64,000 nucleotides of DNA. Source: a bacterium (lineage in GTDB: Bacteria; Patescibacteriota; Minisyncoccia; Phycocordibacterales; UBA12079). The stretch covers positions 3,327-67,326 of the forward strand of contig JAGYLJ010000003.1 in the NCBI GenBank assembly GCA_018401295.1, read 5' to 3'. Numbering within the stretch: position 1 is the stretch's first letter; each line of letters opens with the position of its first letter. This document shows, one piece after another, positions 8,958 to 18,829 of this stretch. Under the pieces are notes generated by a model that saw nothing but the letters and a program-made list of their open reading frames with translations, did not search any database and had not been told where the DNA came from. Position numbers and translations under genes: made by a program.

Positions 8958-9650
8958 TTAAGCCCATTGTTTAGCTTTTAGAGCGTTCATAGCTGCCTCT
9001 TGTTCCGCCTCCTGTTTAGAAACTCCTTCTCCTTCAGCTACTAATTTATTATTTAAAAAAACTCCAATTTTAAAACGTTTGTCATGATCAGGACCCGCTT
9101 CTTCTAAAACCTCGTAATTAGGAGTTATCTTTAGAATTTCCTGAGCCTTTTCCTGAAAATTACTTTTAGAATCCTGCCATAAACTTTTTTCAACAACTTC
9201 ATCTATTTTAGACAAAAAATTATCTGCGATGAATTTTTTGGATGCTTCATAACCCTGGTCTAAATAAATTGCTCCAATAATTGCTTCAATAGAATTAGCC
9301 ATAATAAAAGTACGAGCTCTCCCTGTATCTTTAGATTCGCCTTTTGATAATTGTAAAAAATCATTAACTTTCAACTTTTCAGCTACATCCAACAATGAAG
9401 TTGTATTTACAATGGCTGATCTATAAGAAGTTAGCACGCCCTCGTTTTCTCCGGGGAATTCTTCAAATAAATAATGAGTCGTAACTAATTCTAAAACAGC
9501 ATCGCCTAGATACTCTAATCTTTCGTTGTGCTCTAAATCACCTCCTTGATGCTCATTAAGATATGAACGATGAGTTAATGCTGTTTCTAGTAATTTTATA
9601 TTGTTAAATTTGACTCCAATAGTATTCTCAAATTCTGTATAATCAATCAT
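8958..9650 (-). CDS. rnc: Ribonuclease III
   Basis: NERLEYLGDAVL signature and C-terminal dsRBD. Confidence 0.97.
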   Translation of the reverse strand: MIDYTEFENTIGVKFNNIKLLETALTHRSYLNEHQGGDLEHNERLEYLGDAVLELVTTHYLFEEFPGENEGVLTSYRSAIVNTTSLLDVAEKLKVNDFLQLSKGESKDTGRARTFIMANSIEAIIGAIYLDQGYEASKKFIADNFLSKIDEVVEKSLWQDSKSNFQEKAQEILKITPNYEVLEEAGPDHDKRFKIGVFLNNKLVAEGEGVSKQEAEQEAAMNALKAKQWA

Positions 9651-9654
9651 ATTT

Positions 9655-10599
9655 TTATTTTGTATTTCTTATAATTTCAATCGACTTATTTATCATCGGT
9701 TTCAAATCATCATAGGTCTCAAGTTCATCAACTTTTGATATTTCAAACCACCTTACATCATCTAAAGTCCCTCTTTCTCCACCATTTTCTTCCAACTCAA
9801 GAATTTTAAAATCTGAATAAGCAAGAAAATATGACACTTTTCTCCTTGTTGGTGTACCTCCCTCTTTATTGCTGTCATCTTCATATAAAGTAGCAACATA
9901 CTCATTAGTGTCTATCTGATCACCAATTACAACATCTAAACCAGTTTCTTCCTTTGCTTCTCTTTTTACACATTCTTCTATCGTCTCATTTTTTTCTTTA
10001 GAACCTTTAACTAAAGTCCAAAAACCAAAAACATTATGAACAAAAACTAAAAAGAATTTATCATCTTTTTTAGTATAAATAATAGCCCCTCCTAACTCTT
10101 GCAGAGGTAACTTCTCTTTATCCTCGATATCAATGTTAGTTTTGTTTGATTTACTTTTAGTTGTTTCGTATTTTCTTGGCTCGCCTAATTCTTTGTAGAT
10201 TGTTCCGAGAACCCCGCTCACAAATTTTCCACTATTTTCGCCACCAAAAGCTTTAGCTAATTCGATGGACTCATTTATCGCTACTTTAGGTGGAACTTCC
10301 TGTTTATCAGAAAAAAGTAATTCATAGATCCCAATACGTAAAATATTTCTATCAACGATAGAAATTTTGTCTAATGGCCATTGAGGGGCCGCCTGTTGAA
10401 TAATATTATCAAGATTTTTTCTTTCTTTTAAAATACCTTCTATTAAAGATCTGGTAAAAGAATTTCCTTCTGAAACAACCGCAAATTCTTTTAGATTGTA
10501 ATCTAAAATATCAAATATTTTTGCTTCACTTCCCTTTCTGAAATCCCATTCAAAAAGGGTCTGTAAAACTATTGATCTTGAAAGGTGCCTATTCAACAT
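9655..10599 (-). CDS. nusB: NusB fused to a C-terminal Nudix hydrolase domain
   Basis: N-terminal DRNILR...VAINESIELAKAFG...FVSGVLG; C-terminal Nudix box KGSKEKNETIEECVKREAKEETGL. Confidence 0.9.
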   Translation of the reverse strand: MLNRHLSRSIVLQTLFEWDFRKGSEAKIFDILDYNLKEFAVVSEGNSFTRSLIEGILKERKNLDNIIQQAAPQWPLDKISIVDRNILRIGIYELLFSDKQEVPPKVAINESIELAKAFGGENSGKFVSGVLGTIYKELGEPRKYETTKSKSNKTNIDIEDKEKLPLQELGGAIIYTKKDDKFFLVFVHNVFGFWTLVKGSKEKNETIEECVKREAKEETGLDVVIGDQIDTNEYVATLYEDDSNKEGGTPTRRKVSYFLAYSDFKILELEENGGERGTLDDVRWFEISKVDELETYDDLKPMINKSIEIIRNTK

Positions 10600-10652
10600 A
10601 AAAACTTTAATAGTTGAAGGTTATTTAAACCTATAAAATTTTAAAAAAAACT

Positions 10653-10955
10653 CTATTTTGTCTTTTTGGACAACTTGCTCGCGTCTAAAACCGCTTCTTT
10701 TTTATCTTCTTTTTTTGCATTAGGGTCTTTACCTAATTCTTTCATTTTAGCTTTAACTCTTTCGTTCTTCTTCTCTATTTTAGATTGAACATCAATAATT
10801 TGTTTACCTCTATATTCACCACAAACACCACAAGCGCGATGTCGCAAATGAGAAGAACCACATTTAGCACATTTAGATAATCGTGGTTCGTCTATACTAT
10901 GATGTGATCGTCTATTCTTAGAGTGACCACTGGTGTGTCGCATTCTTACTGACAT
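10653..10955 (-). CDS. rpmF: 50S ribosomal protein L32 with C-terminal extension
   Basis: RRSH, CAKCG..HLRHRACGVCGEY zinc ribbon; rpmF-nusB-rnc order. Confidence 0.93.
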   Translation of the reverse strand: MSVRMRHTSGHSKNRRSHHSIDEPRLSKCAKCGSSHLRHRACGVCGEYRGKQIIDVQSKIEKKNERVKAKMKELGKDPNAKKEDKKEAVLDASKLSKKTK

Positions 10956-11004
10956 ATTAGGCCTTATTATAGCTAATTTCTTTTAAATTGCAATGGGGAT
11001 AAAC

Positions 11005-11036
11005 AAAAAACAGGTTCCGTAAACTACGGAACCTGT
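11005..11036 (-). terminator. Intrinsic terminator
   Basis: ACAGGTTCCGTA-AAC-TACGGAACCTGT with A-run. Confidence 0.75.
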
Positions 11037-11059
11037 CAGCTAATAGGTAAAAGATTAAC

Positions 11060-11374
11060 CTAACTGAAAAAATAAACCAAAAAAGAACAACAGACTACCA
11101 TCGAAGTTATAAGCAAAAATCGACTCTTTTCCCCCATAATAACCAAATAGTCAACCGTAGCGGTAATTGGAGCCGCCAGACAAATAACGTAAATAACTTC
11201 TTGGGTTTTTATCACCGGGAAATAGGTCAAATACCCGCAAACAGAAAAGACCGCCGCCCACAAAAAGGCGAATACAGACCACCCTTCTTTTAACAACCCT
11301 TTGCCAATAAAATAAGCAAGACAAAGGACCACCAACAGGACGAAAAACGCACAAGTCAATTTTGGGTCATACAT
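11060..11374 (-). CDS. Hypothetical 4-TM membrane protein (accessory cassette)
   Basis: Hydrophobic 104 aa ORF, AGGAGG SD, own promoter and terminator. Confidence 0.7.
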   Translation of the reverse strand: MYDPKLTCAFFVLLVVLCLAYFIGKGLLKEGWSVFAFLWAAVFSVCGYLTYFPVIKTQEVIYVICLAAPITATVDYLVIMGEKSRFLLITSMVVCCSFLVYFFS

Positions 11375-11496
11375 TTCTATTCCTCCTATCTAAAAAGTTG
11401 ATTTTTAAACTCAAAGATCATTCTAGGCATCTTATACCACGATAATTCATATAGGTAAACATTCTGAAATGTTTTGCAAAATGTTACAATAAAGCC

Positions 11497-14400
11497 ATGT
11501 TTAAATTTTCTCATTTACATACCCATAGTCATTACAGCCTCCTCAACGCTTTGCCAAAAATAAAAGAATTAGTTTCTAGGGCTAATGAATATGAGATGCC
11601 AGCATTAGCTCTGACCGACAACGGCAATATGTACGCCACCATTGAATTCTATCAAGAATGTTTAAAACAAGGCATTAAGCCTATTCTGGGAGTTGATTTC
11701 TATGTAGCTCTAAAAACTAGACACGATCGTCGTCCTAGCATAGATAACCGCAATACTCGTCTAATTCTTCTAGCCAAAAATGAACAGGGTTATAAAAATT
11801 TGATCAAACTCGTCAGTAAATCATTCTTGGAAGGATTTTATTACCGCCCACGAATTAACCGCGAATTAATTGAAGAATATAAAGAAGGGTTAATTTGTAT
11901 TATGCCCCACTTTAGTGGAGATGTTTCTAAGGCCTTACAAGTTAGCGACTTTGAGAGGGCTAAAGAAATATCAGATTGGTATAAAACCATTTTTCCTGAT
12001 TTTTATTTGGAAATTACCCATCATCCTGAAATAGACGGCCAGGTAGAATTAAAAAAGAAAATTATAAATTTTTCTAAAAAAGAAAACATCCCCTTAGTGG
12101 CTTGCCAAGATGTTTATTATTTAAACTCCGAAGATAAAAAAGCTCGCGACATTTTAATGTCAATCCAAAGCTCCAATTCTAGATTTAGGAACGAGCAAGA
12201 GGATTTTTCTTTCATTAACCAAACAACAGCTGAAGAATATTTTAAAGAAACACCTGAAGCTTTGAAAAATATTCAGATAATAGTCGATAAATGTAACGTA
12301 ACCTTAGATGTTGATAGTTGGATTTTCCCTGATATAAAAATTCCAGATGGAGAAACCTATGACAGCGAATTGAGGAAAATGACCTATGCTGGTATAGAAA
12401 AAAGAGGCCTAAAAGAAACAGATGAAATAAAGAAAAGAATTGAGTATGAACTAGAAATTATTAGAAATAAAGGCTATTCTTCTTATTTTTTAATAATTGC
12501 AGATTTAATTAAATATGCTAGAAGTGTTGGAATTCTAACCAATACAAGAGGTTCAGCGGCAGGTAGTTTAGTTTCTTACTTAAGTTTTATTACTAAGGCT
12601 AATCCTTTGGAATTAAAATTACCTTTTGAAAGATTTATGAATCCAGGACGTCCTGGTATCCCTGATATTGATGTAGATATTGCTGATATTCGTCGTGATG
12701 ATGTGATTGATTATATGAGGAGTAAATATGGAGAAAAAGCAGTAGCCCAAATTGGAACTTTCGGAACAATGGCAGCTCGTGGTTCAGTTCGTGATGTAAC
12801 TCGAGCCTTGGGTCACCCTTATGAACTTGGTGACAAAATCGCTAAACTCATCCCCATGGGTTCCCAAGGTTTTCCAATGACCATTGCCCGTGCTCTAGAT
12901 ATGGAAAAAGATTTACAAGATCTCCATAAAAAAGATAAAGACGTTCAAGAAATAATCAAATATGCTCAAAAGATTGAAGGTTGTGCCAGACACATTTCAA
13001 CTCATGCCGCCGGAGTCTTAATTTCCCCTACTCGGGTTGACGATTACACACCAGTTCAACTTGATAAAGACGGCAAAATCATCACCCAATATGATATGTA
13101 CACGGGCAACCGAGATGGTGTCGTCAACCTGCCTAAATTTGATATTTTGGGTATAAAAAATTTATCGATTCTAGCGAACGCTATGGACTTGGCCAAAAAA
13201 TTTAAAGGGGTAGAAGTTGATTTAGATAATATAGACCTTAAAAATAAAAAAACTTACGATATGTTAGCTCGCGGAGAAACCATGGGAACTTTTCAATTAA
13301 ATGGACAAGGAATGACTCAATATCTCAAAGAACTAGAACCACATGATATTTGGGATATCATGGCCATGGTAGCTCTTTACCGCCCAGGACCAATGGCTTT
13401 TATTCCTGATTATATTAAGAGAAAAAGAAATCCAAGCTTAGTCACCTATCTTCACCCTGAGTTGAAAAATATTTTGGAGCCAACCTACGGTATTATTATC
13501 TACCAAGATGATGTCATGCTTATTGCTGTTAATTTAGCTGGCTACACCTGGGCAGAGGCTGATAAATTTAGAAAGGCTATGGGGAAGAAAATTCCCGAAA
13601 TGATGCAGGAACAGAAAGATAAATTTTTTACTGGGTGTTTAGAACACGGAATAGAAAAGAAAATTGTACAAAAACTTTGGGAAACCATAGAGACCTTTGC
13701 TGCCTACGGATTTAACAAAGCCCATTCTGCCTCCTACGGACGAGTGGCCTACGAGACTTCTTATATGAAAGCCAACTTCCCTATTGAATACATGACAGCC
13801 TTATTGATGGCTGACTCAGGAGATACAGAAAAGGTTTCTGAAATAATTGCTGAATGTAAAAGATTAGGGATTGAAGTTCTCCCCCCCGACATCAACGAAT
13901 CATTTACAGATTTTACTATCATTAAAAACGAGCAAGGCAAAGAAGCTATTCGTTTTGGGTTAGAAACCATCAAGAATTTTGGAGAAGGCATTGCTAACGC
14001 TATTATCAATGAGAGAAAAAATAATGGTCCCTATAAATCTCTAACAGATCTTCTTGAGAGAGTTCAAGATAAAAATTTGAACAAGAGATCTCTTGAGGCA
14101 CTCACTATGTGCGGAGCAATGGATAAATTAGGAGAAAGAGGACAGATTATTGAAAACATGCCGACTTTATTAAAATACAATAAAGACTTCGCTTCAAAAC
14201 CAAAAGAGCAGGATTCTTTATTCGGTGATATTTTTGATACAACTGAAATTTCCCTTGAGCCGACTCCCCCAGCTACCATGGAAGAAAAACTAGTCTGGGA
14301 AAAAGAATTATTAGGTCTGTATATTTCTGGACATCCCTTGGACAAGTTCAGTCGGCAATTATCAAAAAGTAAAACCAACTTAAGTAAAGTCAAAAAAACA

Positions 14401-14658
14401 GCTTTAGAGGGAGTTACCACAGTGGTCGCAGGGATAATTGAAGAATGTAAACCAATCTTAACAAAGAAAGGAGACAAGATGGCTTTTGTAAAATTATCAG
14501 ATTTTAGCGATAGTTTAGAAGTAGTTGTCTTTCCTAAAACTTTTGCTGAGTTTGCTGACTTACTTCAAACAGAAAAATGTCTTTTAATCAAAGGCAAAAT
14601 ATCTAAACGAAACGAAGAAACCAGCCTCATCGCAGATAGTATCCGTGAATTAAAATAA
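11497..14658 (+). CDS. dnaE: DNA polymerase III alpha subunit
   Basis: HLHTHSHYSLL PHP domain, RGSAAGS, PDIDVD, YGFNKAHS. Confidence 0.97.
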   Translation: MFKFSHLHTHSHYSLLNALPKIKELVSRANEYEMPALALTDNGNMYATIEFYQECLKQGIKPILGVDFYVALKTRHDRRPSIDNRNTRLILLAKNEQGYKNLIKLVSKSFLEGFYYRPRINRELIEEYKEGLICIMPHFSGDVSKALQVSDFERAKEISDWYKTIFPDFYLEITHHPEIDGQVELKKKIINFSKKENIPLVACQDVYYLNSEDKKARDILMSIQSSNSRFRNEQEDFSFINQTTAEEYFKETPEALKNIQIIVDKCNVTLDVDSWIFPDIKIPDGETYDSELRKMTYAGIEKRGLKETDEIKKRIEYELEIIRNKGYSSYFLIIADLIKYARSVGILTNTRGSAAGSLVSYLSFITKANPLELKLPFERFMNPGRPGIPDIDVDIADIRRDDVIDYMRSKYGEKAVAQIGTFGTMAARGSVRDVTRALGHPYELGDKIAKLIPMGSQGFPMTIARALDMEKDLQDLHKKDKDVQEIIKYAQKIEGCARHISTHAAGVLISPTRVDDYTPVQLDKDGKIITQYDMYTGNRDGVVNLPKFDILGIKNLSILANAMDLAKKFKGVEVDLDNIDLKNKKTYDMLARGETMGTFQLNGQGMTQYLKELEPHDIWDIMAMVALYRPGPMAFIPDYIKRKRNPSLVTYLHPELKNILEPTYGIIIYQDDVMLIAVNLAGYTWAEADKFRKAMGKKIPEMMQEQKDKFFTGCLEHGIEKKIVQKLWETIETFAAYGFNKAHSASYGRVAYETSYMKANFPIEYMTALLMADSGDTEKVSEIIAECKRLGIEVLPPDINESFTDFTIIKNEQGKEAIRFGLETIKNFGEGIANAIINERKNNGPYKSLTDLLERVQDKNLNKRSLEALTMCGAMDKLGERGQIIENMPTLLKYNKDFASKPKEQDSLFGDIFDTTEISLEPTPPATMEEKLVWEKELLGLYISGHPLDKFSRQLSKSKTNLSKVKKTALEGVTTVVAGIIEECKPILTKKGDKMAFVKLSDFSDSLEVVVFPKTFAEFADLLQTEKCLLIKGKISKRNEETSLIADSIRELK

Positions 14659-14764
14659 ACCCTATTCACCCAAAACCTGGGCTATTTTACTGGGATAAGG
14701 ATTATTTCCTCTCATAAATAACTTTGATTTTTAATAGAAAAACAGTAAGATATTAAGAGTATTT

Positions 14765-14997
14765 GGCCCTATTGTCTAACCAAGTTAGAATATAGAGGAC
14801 ATTGTCATTCGAAAAATTTGCATTAGAATTTAAAAAATTAAAGAACATATTACTTTTGGCCCTATCGTCTAACGGTTATTGGAATTAAAAGCAAACTGCT
14901 TTGCTTTTAATCTGGTTCTGAGCGATAGCAAAGAAATTTCCGTTATCAAGCCAAGCGAAATAGGAAATAGGGTAAGCCTTCGTAGAAGGCGATGTCC
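14765..14997 (+). repeat. Two interrupted copies of the tRNA-Glu 5' end plus an antisense fragment
   Basis: GGCCCTATTGTCTAAC at 14765; GGCCCTATCGTCTAACGGT at 14858; AGAAGGCGATGTCC (antisense to the tRNA) at 14984-14997. Confidence 0.85.
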
Positions 14998-15043
14998 GAA
15001 CAAAATGCATTAAATAATTTGGTATAATAAATAAAAACAATTT

Positions 15044-15115
15044 GGCCCTATCGTCTAACGGTCAGGACATCGCCTTCTCAAGGCGGAAATCAGAGTTCGA
15101 TTCTCTGTAGGGTCA
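15044..15115 (+). tRNA. tRNA-Glu(CTC)
   Basis: GGCCCTA...TCGCC-TTCTCAA-GGCGG...GAGTTCGATTCTC...TAGGGTC-A; TGGTATAAT promoter at 15020-15028. Confidence 0.95.
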
Positions 15116-15168
15116 CAAAAATAATGAAACAAATGCGGTAGTATTTTTGAAATATATTTTTATAGATT

Positions 15169-15199
15169 CTACAGAGAATCGAACTCTGATTTCCGCCTT
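15169..15199 (-). repeat. Perfect 31-nt inverted copy of the tRNA-Glu 3' half
   Basis: Exact reverse complement of 15080-15110. Confidence 0.92.
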
Positions 15200-15243
15200 T
15201 TTAAATAGCCATATTTTCAATAATAAAGTATTATTTTAGTTGC

Positions 15244-16173
15244 GTGTTTAAATTCTTGAAAAATAAAATAGGAAAATTCTTCAAACTTATCTTTAACATT
15301 TGGTTTTTATACCTAATCTTTTTTTCATTCCTAGCTTATCTCTTCTTAAACCCTTCTGGGTGTTCCTACCCAATCAAATATAGTCTTGGCAACCTTGACC
15401 CTAGATTTGAAATTTCCCAAGAAGACACGTTTAATATTTTAGCCAATGCCGAAAAAATTTGGGAGGATTCAATGGGTATAGATATTTTTGAATATGACCC
15501 AAAGGGCAAACTAAAAATAAATTTTGTTTTTGATGAGAGACAACAATTAAACATTGATATAAAAAAAGCTGAAAAAAAAATAGAGCAATCAGAATCTTCA
15601 GTAAAAAAAGTTACAACCCTGCATGACGACCTATTAGTTTTATATAATCAAAAACTATCCGCCTATGATATTTCTTTAAAAGACTATAAACAACAAATGG
15701 ATACCTATAACCAAAAAGTAGATTACTGGAATAATAAAGGAGGAGCTCCTTCAGTAATATATGATGAATTAAACTCCCAAAGGTCAAATCTTGGTATAGT
15801 CTACGACCAATTATCATATCAAGAACAGGTCCTAAATGAGCTTCTAGGCAAAGTAAATGCCTCAGTAGACGTAACTAACTTAACTATTGATAGATACAAT
15901 ACTCACGTAGATTCTTTTAACCAAGAATTTGGAGGGGCTAGAGAATTTGATCAAGGAGATTATTTATCTAATACAATCAATATTTATGAATATAGGACAA
16001 TGTCTGACCTAACACTAGTAATTGCCCATGAAATGGGTCATGCCTTAGGTTTAAATCATGTTGATGACCCATATTCATTAATGTATTATCTAATGGAAAA
16101 ACAAGATTTAAATAATATAAAATTATCTAAAGACGACATCCAGGCCCTCAAGCAAAGGTGTAGGATAAAATAA
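15244..16173 (+). CDS. Matrixin/M10-family zinc metalloprotease with TM anchor and coiled-coil insert
   Basis: HEMGHALGLNH zinc motif and SLM Met-turn. Confidence 0.88.
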   Translation: MFKFLKNKIGKFFKLIFNIWFLYLIFFSFLAYLFLNPSGCSYPIKYSLGNLDPRFEISQEDTFNILANAEKIWEDSMGIDIFEYDPKGKLKINFVFDERQQLNIDIKKAEKKIEQSESSVKKVTTLHDDLLVLYNQKLSAYDISLKDYKQQMDTYNQKVDYWNNKGGAPSVIYDELNSQRSNLGIVYDQLSYQEQVLNELLGKVNASVDVTNLTIDRYNTHVDSFNQEFGGAREFDQGDYLSNTINIYEYRTMSDLTLVIAHEMGHALGLNHVDDPYSLMYYLMEKQDLNNIKLSKDDIQALKQRCRIK

Positions 16174-16181
16174 GTAATTTA

Positions 16182-16216
16182 AAACCCCGGGGAAAGCTTT
16201 ACTTTTCCCGGGGTTT
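16182..16216. terminator. Bidirectional intrinsic terminator
   Basis: AAACCCCGGGGAAAG...CTTTTCCCGGGGTTT between convergent genes. Confidence 0.8.
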
Positions 16217-16230
16217 CTTTCAATGAACAT

Positions 16231-18027
16231 TTATATTTGGCTGTTTACCAAGTTTTGATAAACAACACAATTTGTGAGGAGTTCCCTATGAGTTCCTTCA
16301 CCAACAATTTTGCCGTTTTCCATCACAAAAATTTTATCGGCATTCTTAATAGTGGAAAGACGGTGAGCAATAATAATAGTTGTCCTCCCCTTAGAAGCCT
16401 TCTCAATGGACTTACGAATGACCGTTTCATTTTCGGTGTCCAGACTTGAAGTTGCCTCGTCAAAGATAAGAACTTTAGGGTTTTTCGCCAAAGCTCTGGC
16501 AATACCAACCCTTTGTCTCTCCCCTCCAGAGAGTTTAACTCCCCGCTCTCCAATCACCGTGTCAAAACCATTTTCAAGACGATGAAAGAACTTATCCACA
16601 CAAGAAGCATGAGCGATATCGCCCAATTCAGCTTCCGTAATGTTAATGTCCTTTCCCTCCAATCCGAAGACGATGTTGTACCTTAAGGTGTCATCAAAGA
16701 GGGAAACATCCTGTTCGACGACCCCGATTGATTCTCGATAAGATTCCAATTCTACAACCCGTAAGTCACTACCGTCAATAAGAATCTTCCCATTGGTAGG
16801 ATCGTAGGCCCGAAGAATAAGATTAGCTACGGTCGTCTTCCCTGCTCCGGACGGTCCCACAAAAGCCACTTTCTGGCCTGATTTGATGGTAAGAGACACG
16901 TTTGATAAAGTCTCCTGTTCCGATTCAGACGACACTTCAGTTTGTTCCTTTTTATCATCGTCCTCAAGGCTTTTCCTGATAGGATACTTAAAAGAAACAT
17001 TATCAAAGATAATCTCCCCTTTAGGTTTTTTTATCTTAACTGGATTGTTTATCTCTTTTATCTCTGGCTCAATATCCAACAAAGAAAAGAATTTTTTGAC
17101 AGCAATGTACATTTCAGTTCCTTTTCTATGTAGATTACCAATCTGGCCTATTCTCCCAAAGGCAGAAGAAGACCAGGCAATAAACATAACAAGCTGACCA
17201 GCTGTGTGAATGTCTTTATAAACATAAATGACACTGATGACCAGCACTAAAAATCTCGTGATACCTATTATGATGCTCCTGAGACAAGCCCAGAAAACAT
17301 ACTTCTTCCAAACCTTTTTGCCCAGGTCACCGAATTCCCCTATTTTTTGATCGAGCTTTTCTGTTACGCCTTTTTCCTGAGCGTTAATTTGAACCATACA
17401 AATATTACGGAAAATCTCACTATGAACCTTATTTGAATCATGGCCGGCATCCTGGAATTTCTTTAGTTCATCCTTCATTGAGTAATTGAGATAAAAACTA
17501 ATTACAAGAAAACAGACAGAGCCAATCAAAGTAACCAAACCCAGCACAGTGCTCATATAGAGCAGTACAATGACAGTAAACACCAGACTCACTAACATCG
17601 GAAGAGCATTGTACAAAACCATATTGGTTAAGTTGGTCAAAGAATTCTCTCCCTTATCTATAATGCTCTGTTTCACCCCAGAATTCTGGTTACAATGTTG
17701 CCCGATAGAGAAACTAAAAATCTTTGCCATAGTGACCTTTATTGAGATAAATTTTGGAATATCAAAATCGATATTCTCTAACTCAAACCTCTCTCTGAAA
17801 AATCCAGAAACAATGGTATTGATAAAAAATAAAGCCAAAGATAACAGTGCCAAAAAAAAGACATCCATGATTGGGGCTTTAGAAAATATCTTGTCAACAA
17901 TTTTCCCCTGAATATAAGGTCCAAGTAAAATAAAGATTTGGTCCAAAATAATGAACACAAATACCATCAACATCGGTTTACGAAAAGGACGATAAATCTC
18001 CAAAATCCTCTTAACAAATTCTCTCAT
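16231..18027 (-). CDS. ABC exporter, fused permease/ATPase (MsbA/MdlB-like)
   Basis: About six TM helices, GPSGAGKT, LSGGERQR, DEATSSLD. Confidence 0.93.
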   Translation of the reverse strand: MREFVKRILEIYRPFRKPMLMVFVFIILDQIFILLGPYIQGKIVDKIFSKAPIMDVFFLALLSLALFFINTIVSGFFRERFELENIDFDIPKFISIKVTMAKIFSFSIGQHCNQNSGVKQSIIDKGENSLTNLTNMVLYNALPMLVSLVFTVIVLLYMSTVLGLVTLIGSVCFLVISFYLNYSMKDELKKFQDAGHDSNKVHSEIFRNICMVQINAQEKGVTEKLDQKIGEFGDLGKKVWKKYVFWACLRSIIIGITRFLVLVISVIYVYKDIHTAGQLVMFIAWSSSAFGRIGQIGNLHRKGTEMYIAVKKFFSLLDIEPEIKEINNPVKIKKPKGEIIFDNVSFKYPIRKSLEDDDKKEQTEVSSESEQETLSNVSLTIKSGQKVAFVGPSGAGKTTVANLILRAYDPTNGKILIDGSDLRVVELESYRESIGVVEQDVSLFDDTLRYNIVFGLEGKDINITEAELGDIAHASCVDKFFHRLENGFDTVIGERGVKLSGGERQRVGIARALAKNPKVLIFDEATSSLDTENETVIRKSIEKASKGRTTIIIAHRLSTIKNADKIFVMENGKIVGEGTHRELLTNCVVYQNLVNSQI

Positions 18028-18155
18028 TAGAAAACCTCCTCTTTTGGTTAATTTTTTATATTAAATTGTCAAATTATCTATCTTTTAGAATTATACGACA
18101 TATTATAGGTTAAGTCAATATCTAGACTTTTAATAAAAATAGCCTTTAAAACAAT

Positions 18156-18189
18156 AAAAAGGACCACATTGTAACAACAATGTGGTCCT
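18156..18189 (-). terminator. Intrinsic terminator
   Basis: AGGACCACATTGT-AACA-ACAATGTGGTCCT. Confidence 0.75.
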
Positions 18190-18204
18190 ACTCCTCTCTT
18201 AAAT

Positions 18205-18747
18205 TTATAAAGGGGTAATCTTGACCGAGATTACTCCCGGTTCAATCGCTCCGAGGAGTTTGGCAGCTGCAAAAGAAAGATCAACCTCCCTGTCGTATTT
18301 GCCATTTTTCTTGGTGTAGGGGCCGCGGTCAAGCACTTCCGCAATAATGCTCTTTGAGTTTTCCAGATTCGTTATCCGAACCTTCAAACCCAATGGAAGC
18401 GTTCGATGAGCAACCAATATTTCATTCTGGTCATAAATCTCACCATTTGCCATTCTTTTGCCGTGGAAGCCGGGACCATACCAGGAAGCTCGTCCTTTGT
18501 ATGACTTCCATTTCACATCAGGAATTACAAGTCTTTGACCTGGTTGGAGTAAAACATCCCTTACTCCCATGCCATTGGCCTTCCTTAACTGCCAAGGTAA
18601 GATCTGGTGTCGATCGGCAATCTTGTTTATTGAGTCACCGCTCTGGACCACATAGCAGGTCCGATTAATAGTGTCTCCACATACGGTGTGGTAACCAAAA
18701 ATAACCATAGATGCAACAACCAAAAATAAAAAACTTATTTTTCTCAT
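18205..18747 (-). CDS. rlpA: LysM + RlpA (DPBB) lytic transglycosylase
   Basis: YVVQSGDS LysM; GRASWYG..FHG..ANGE, AHRTLP, DRGP, DLS. Confidence 0.88.
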   Translation of the reverse strand: MRKISFLFLVVASMVIFGYHTVCGDTINRTCYVVQSGDSINKIADRHQILPWQLRKANGMGVRDVLLQPGQRLVIPDVKWKSYKGRASWYGPGFHGKRMANGEIYDQNEILVAHRTLPLGLKVRITNLENSKSIIAEVLDRGPYTKKNGKYDREVDLSFAAAKLLGAIEPGVISVKITPL

Positions 18748-18829
18748 TTTCTTAACCTCCTAAAAATTTAAAATAAAAGAACAACCTTTATCTTTATACA
18801 ACATTTATTTATAGAAGTCAAAAATAGGA

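Noticed and set aside
14765-14997. Additional intact or intron-containing tRNA-Glu genes
   Set aside because: The copies lack a following anticodon arm, T-arm and acceptor 3' strand, and the inserts show no group I core or clear bulge-helix-bulge.
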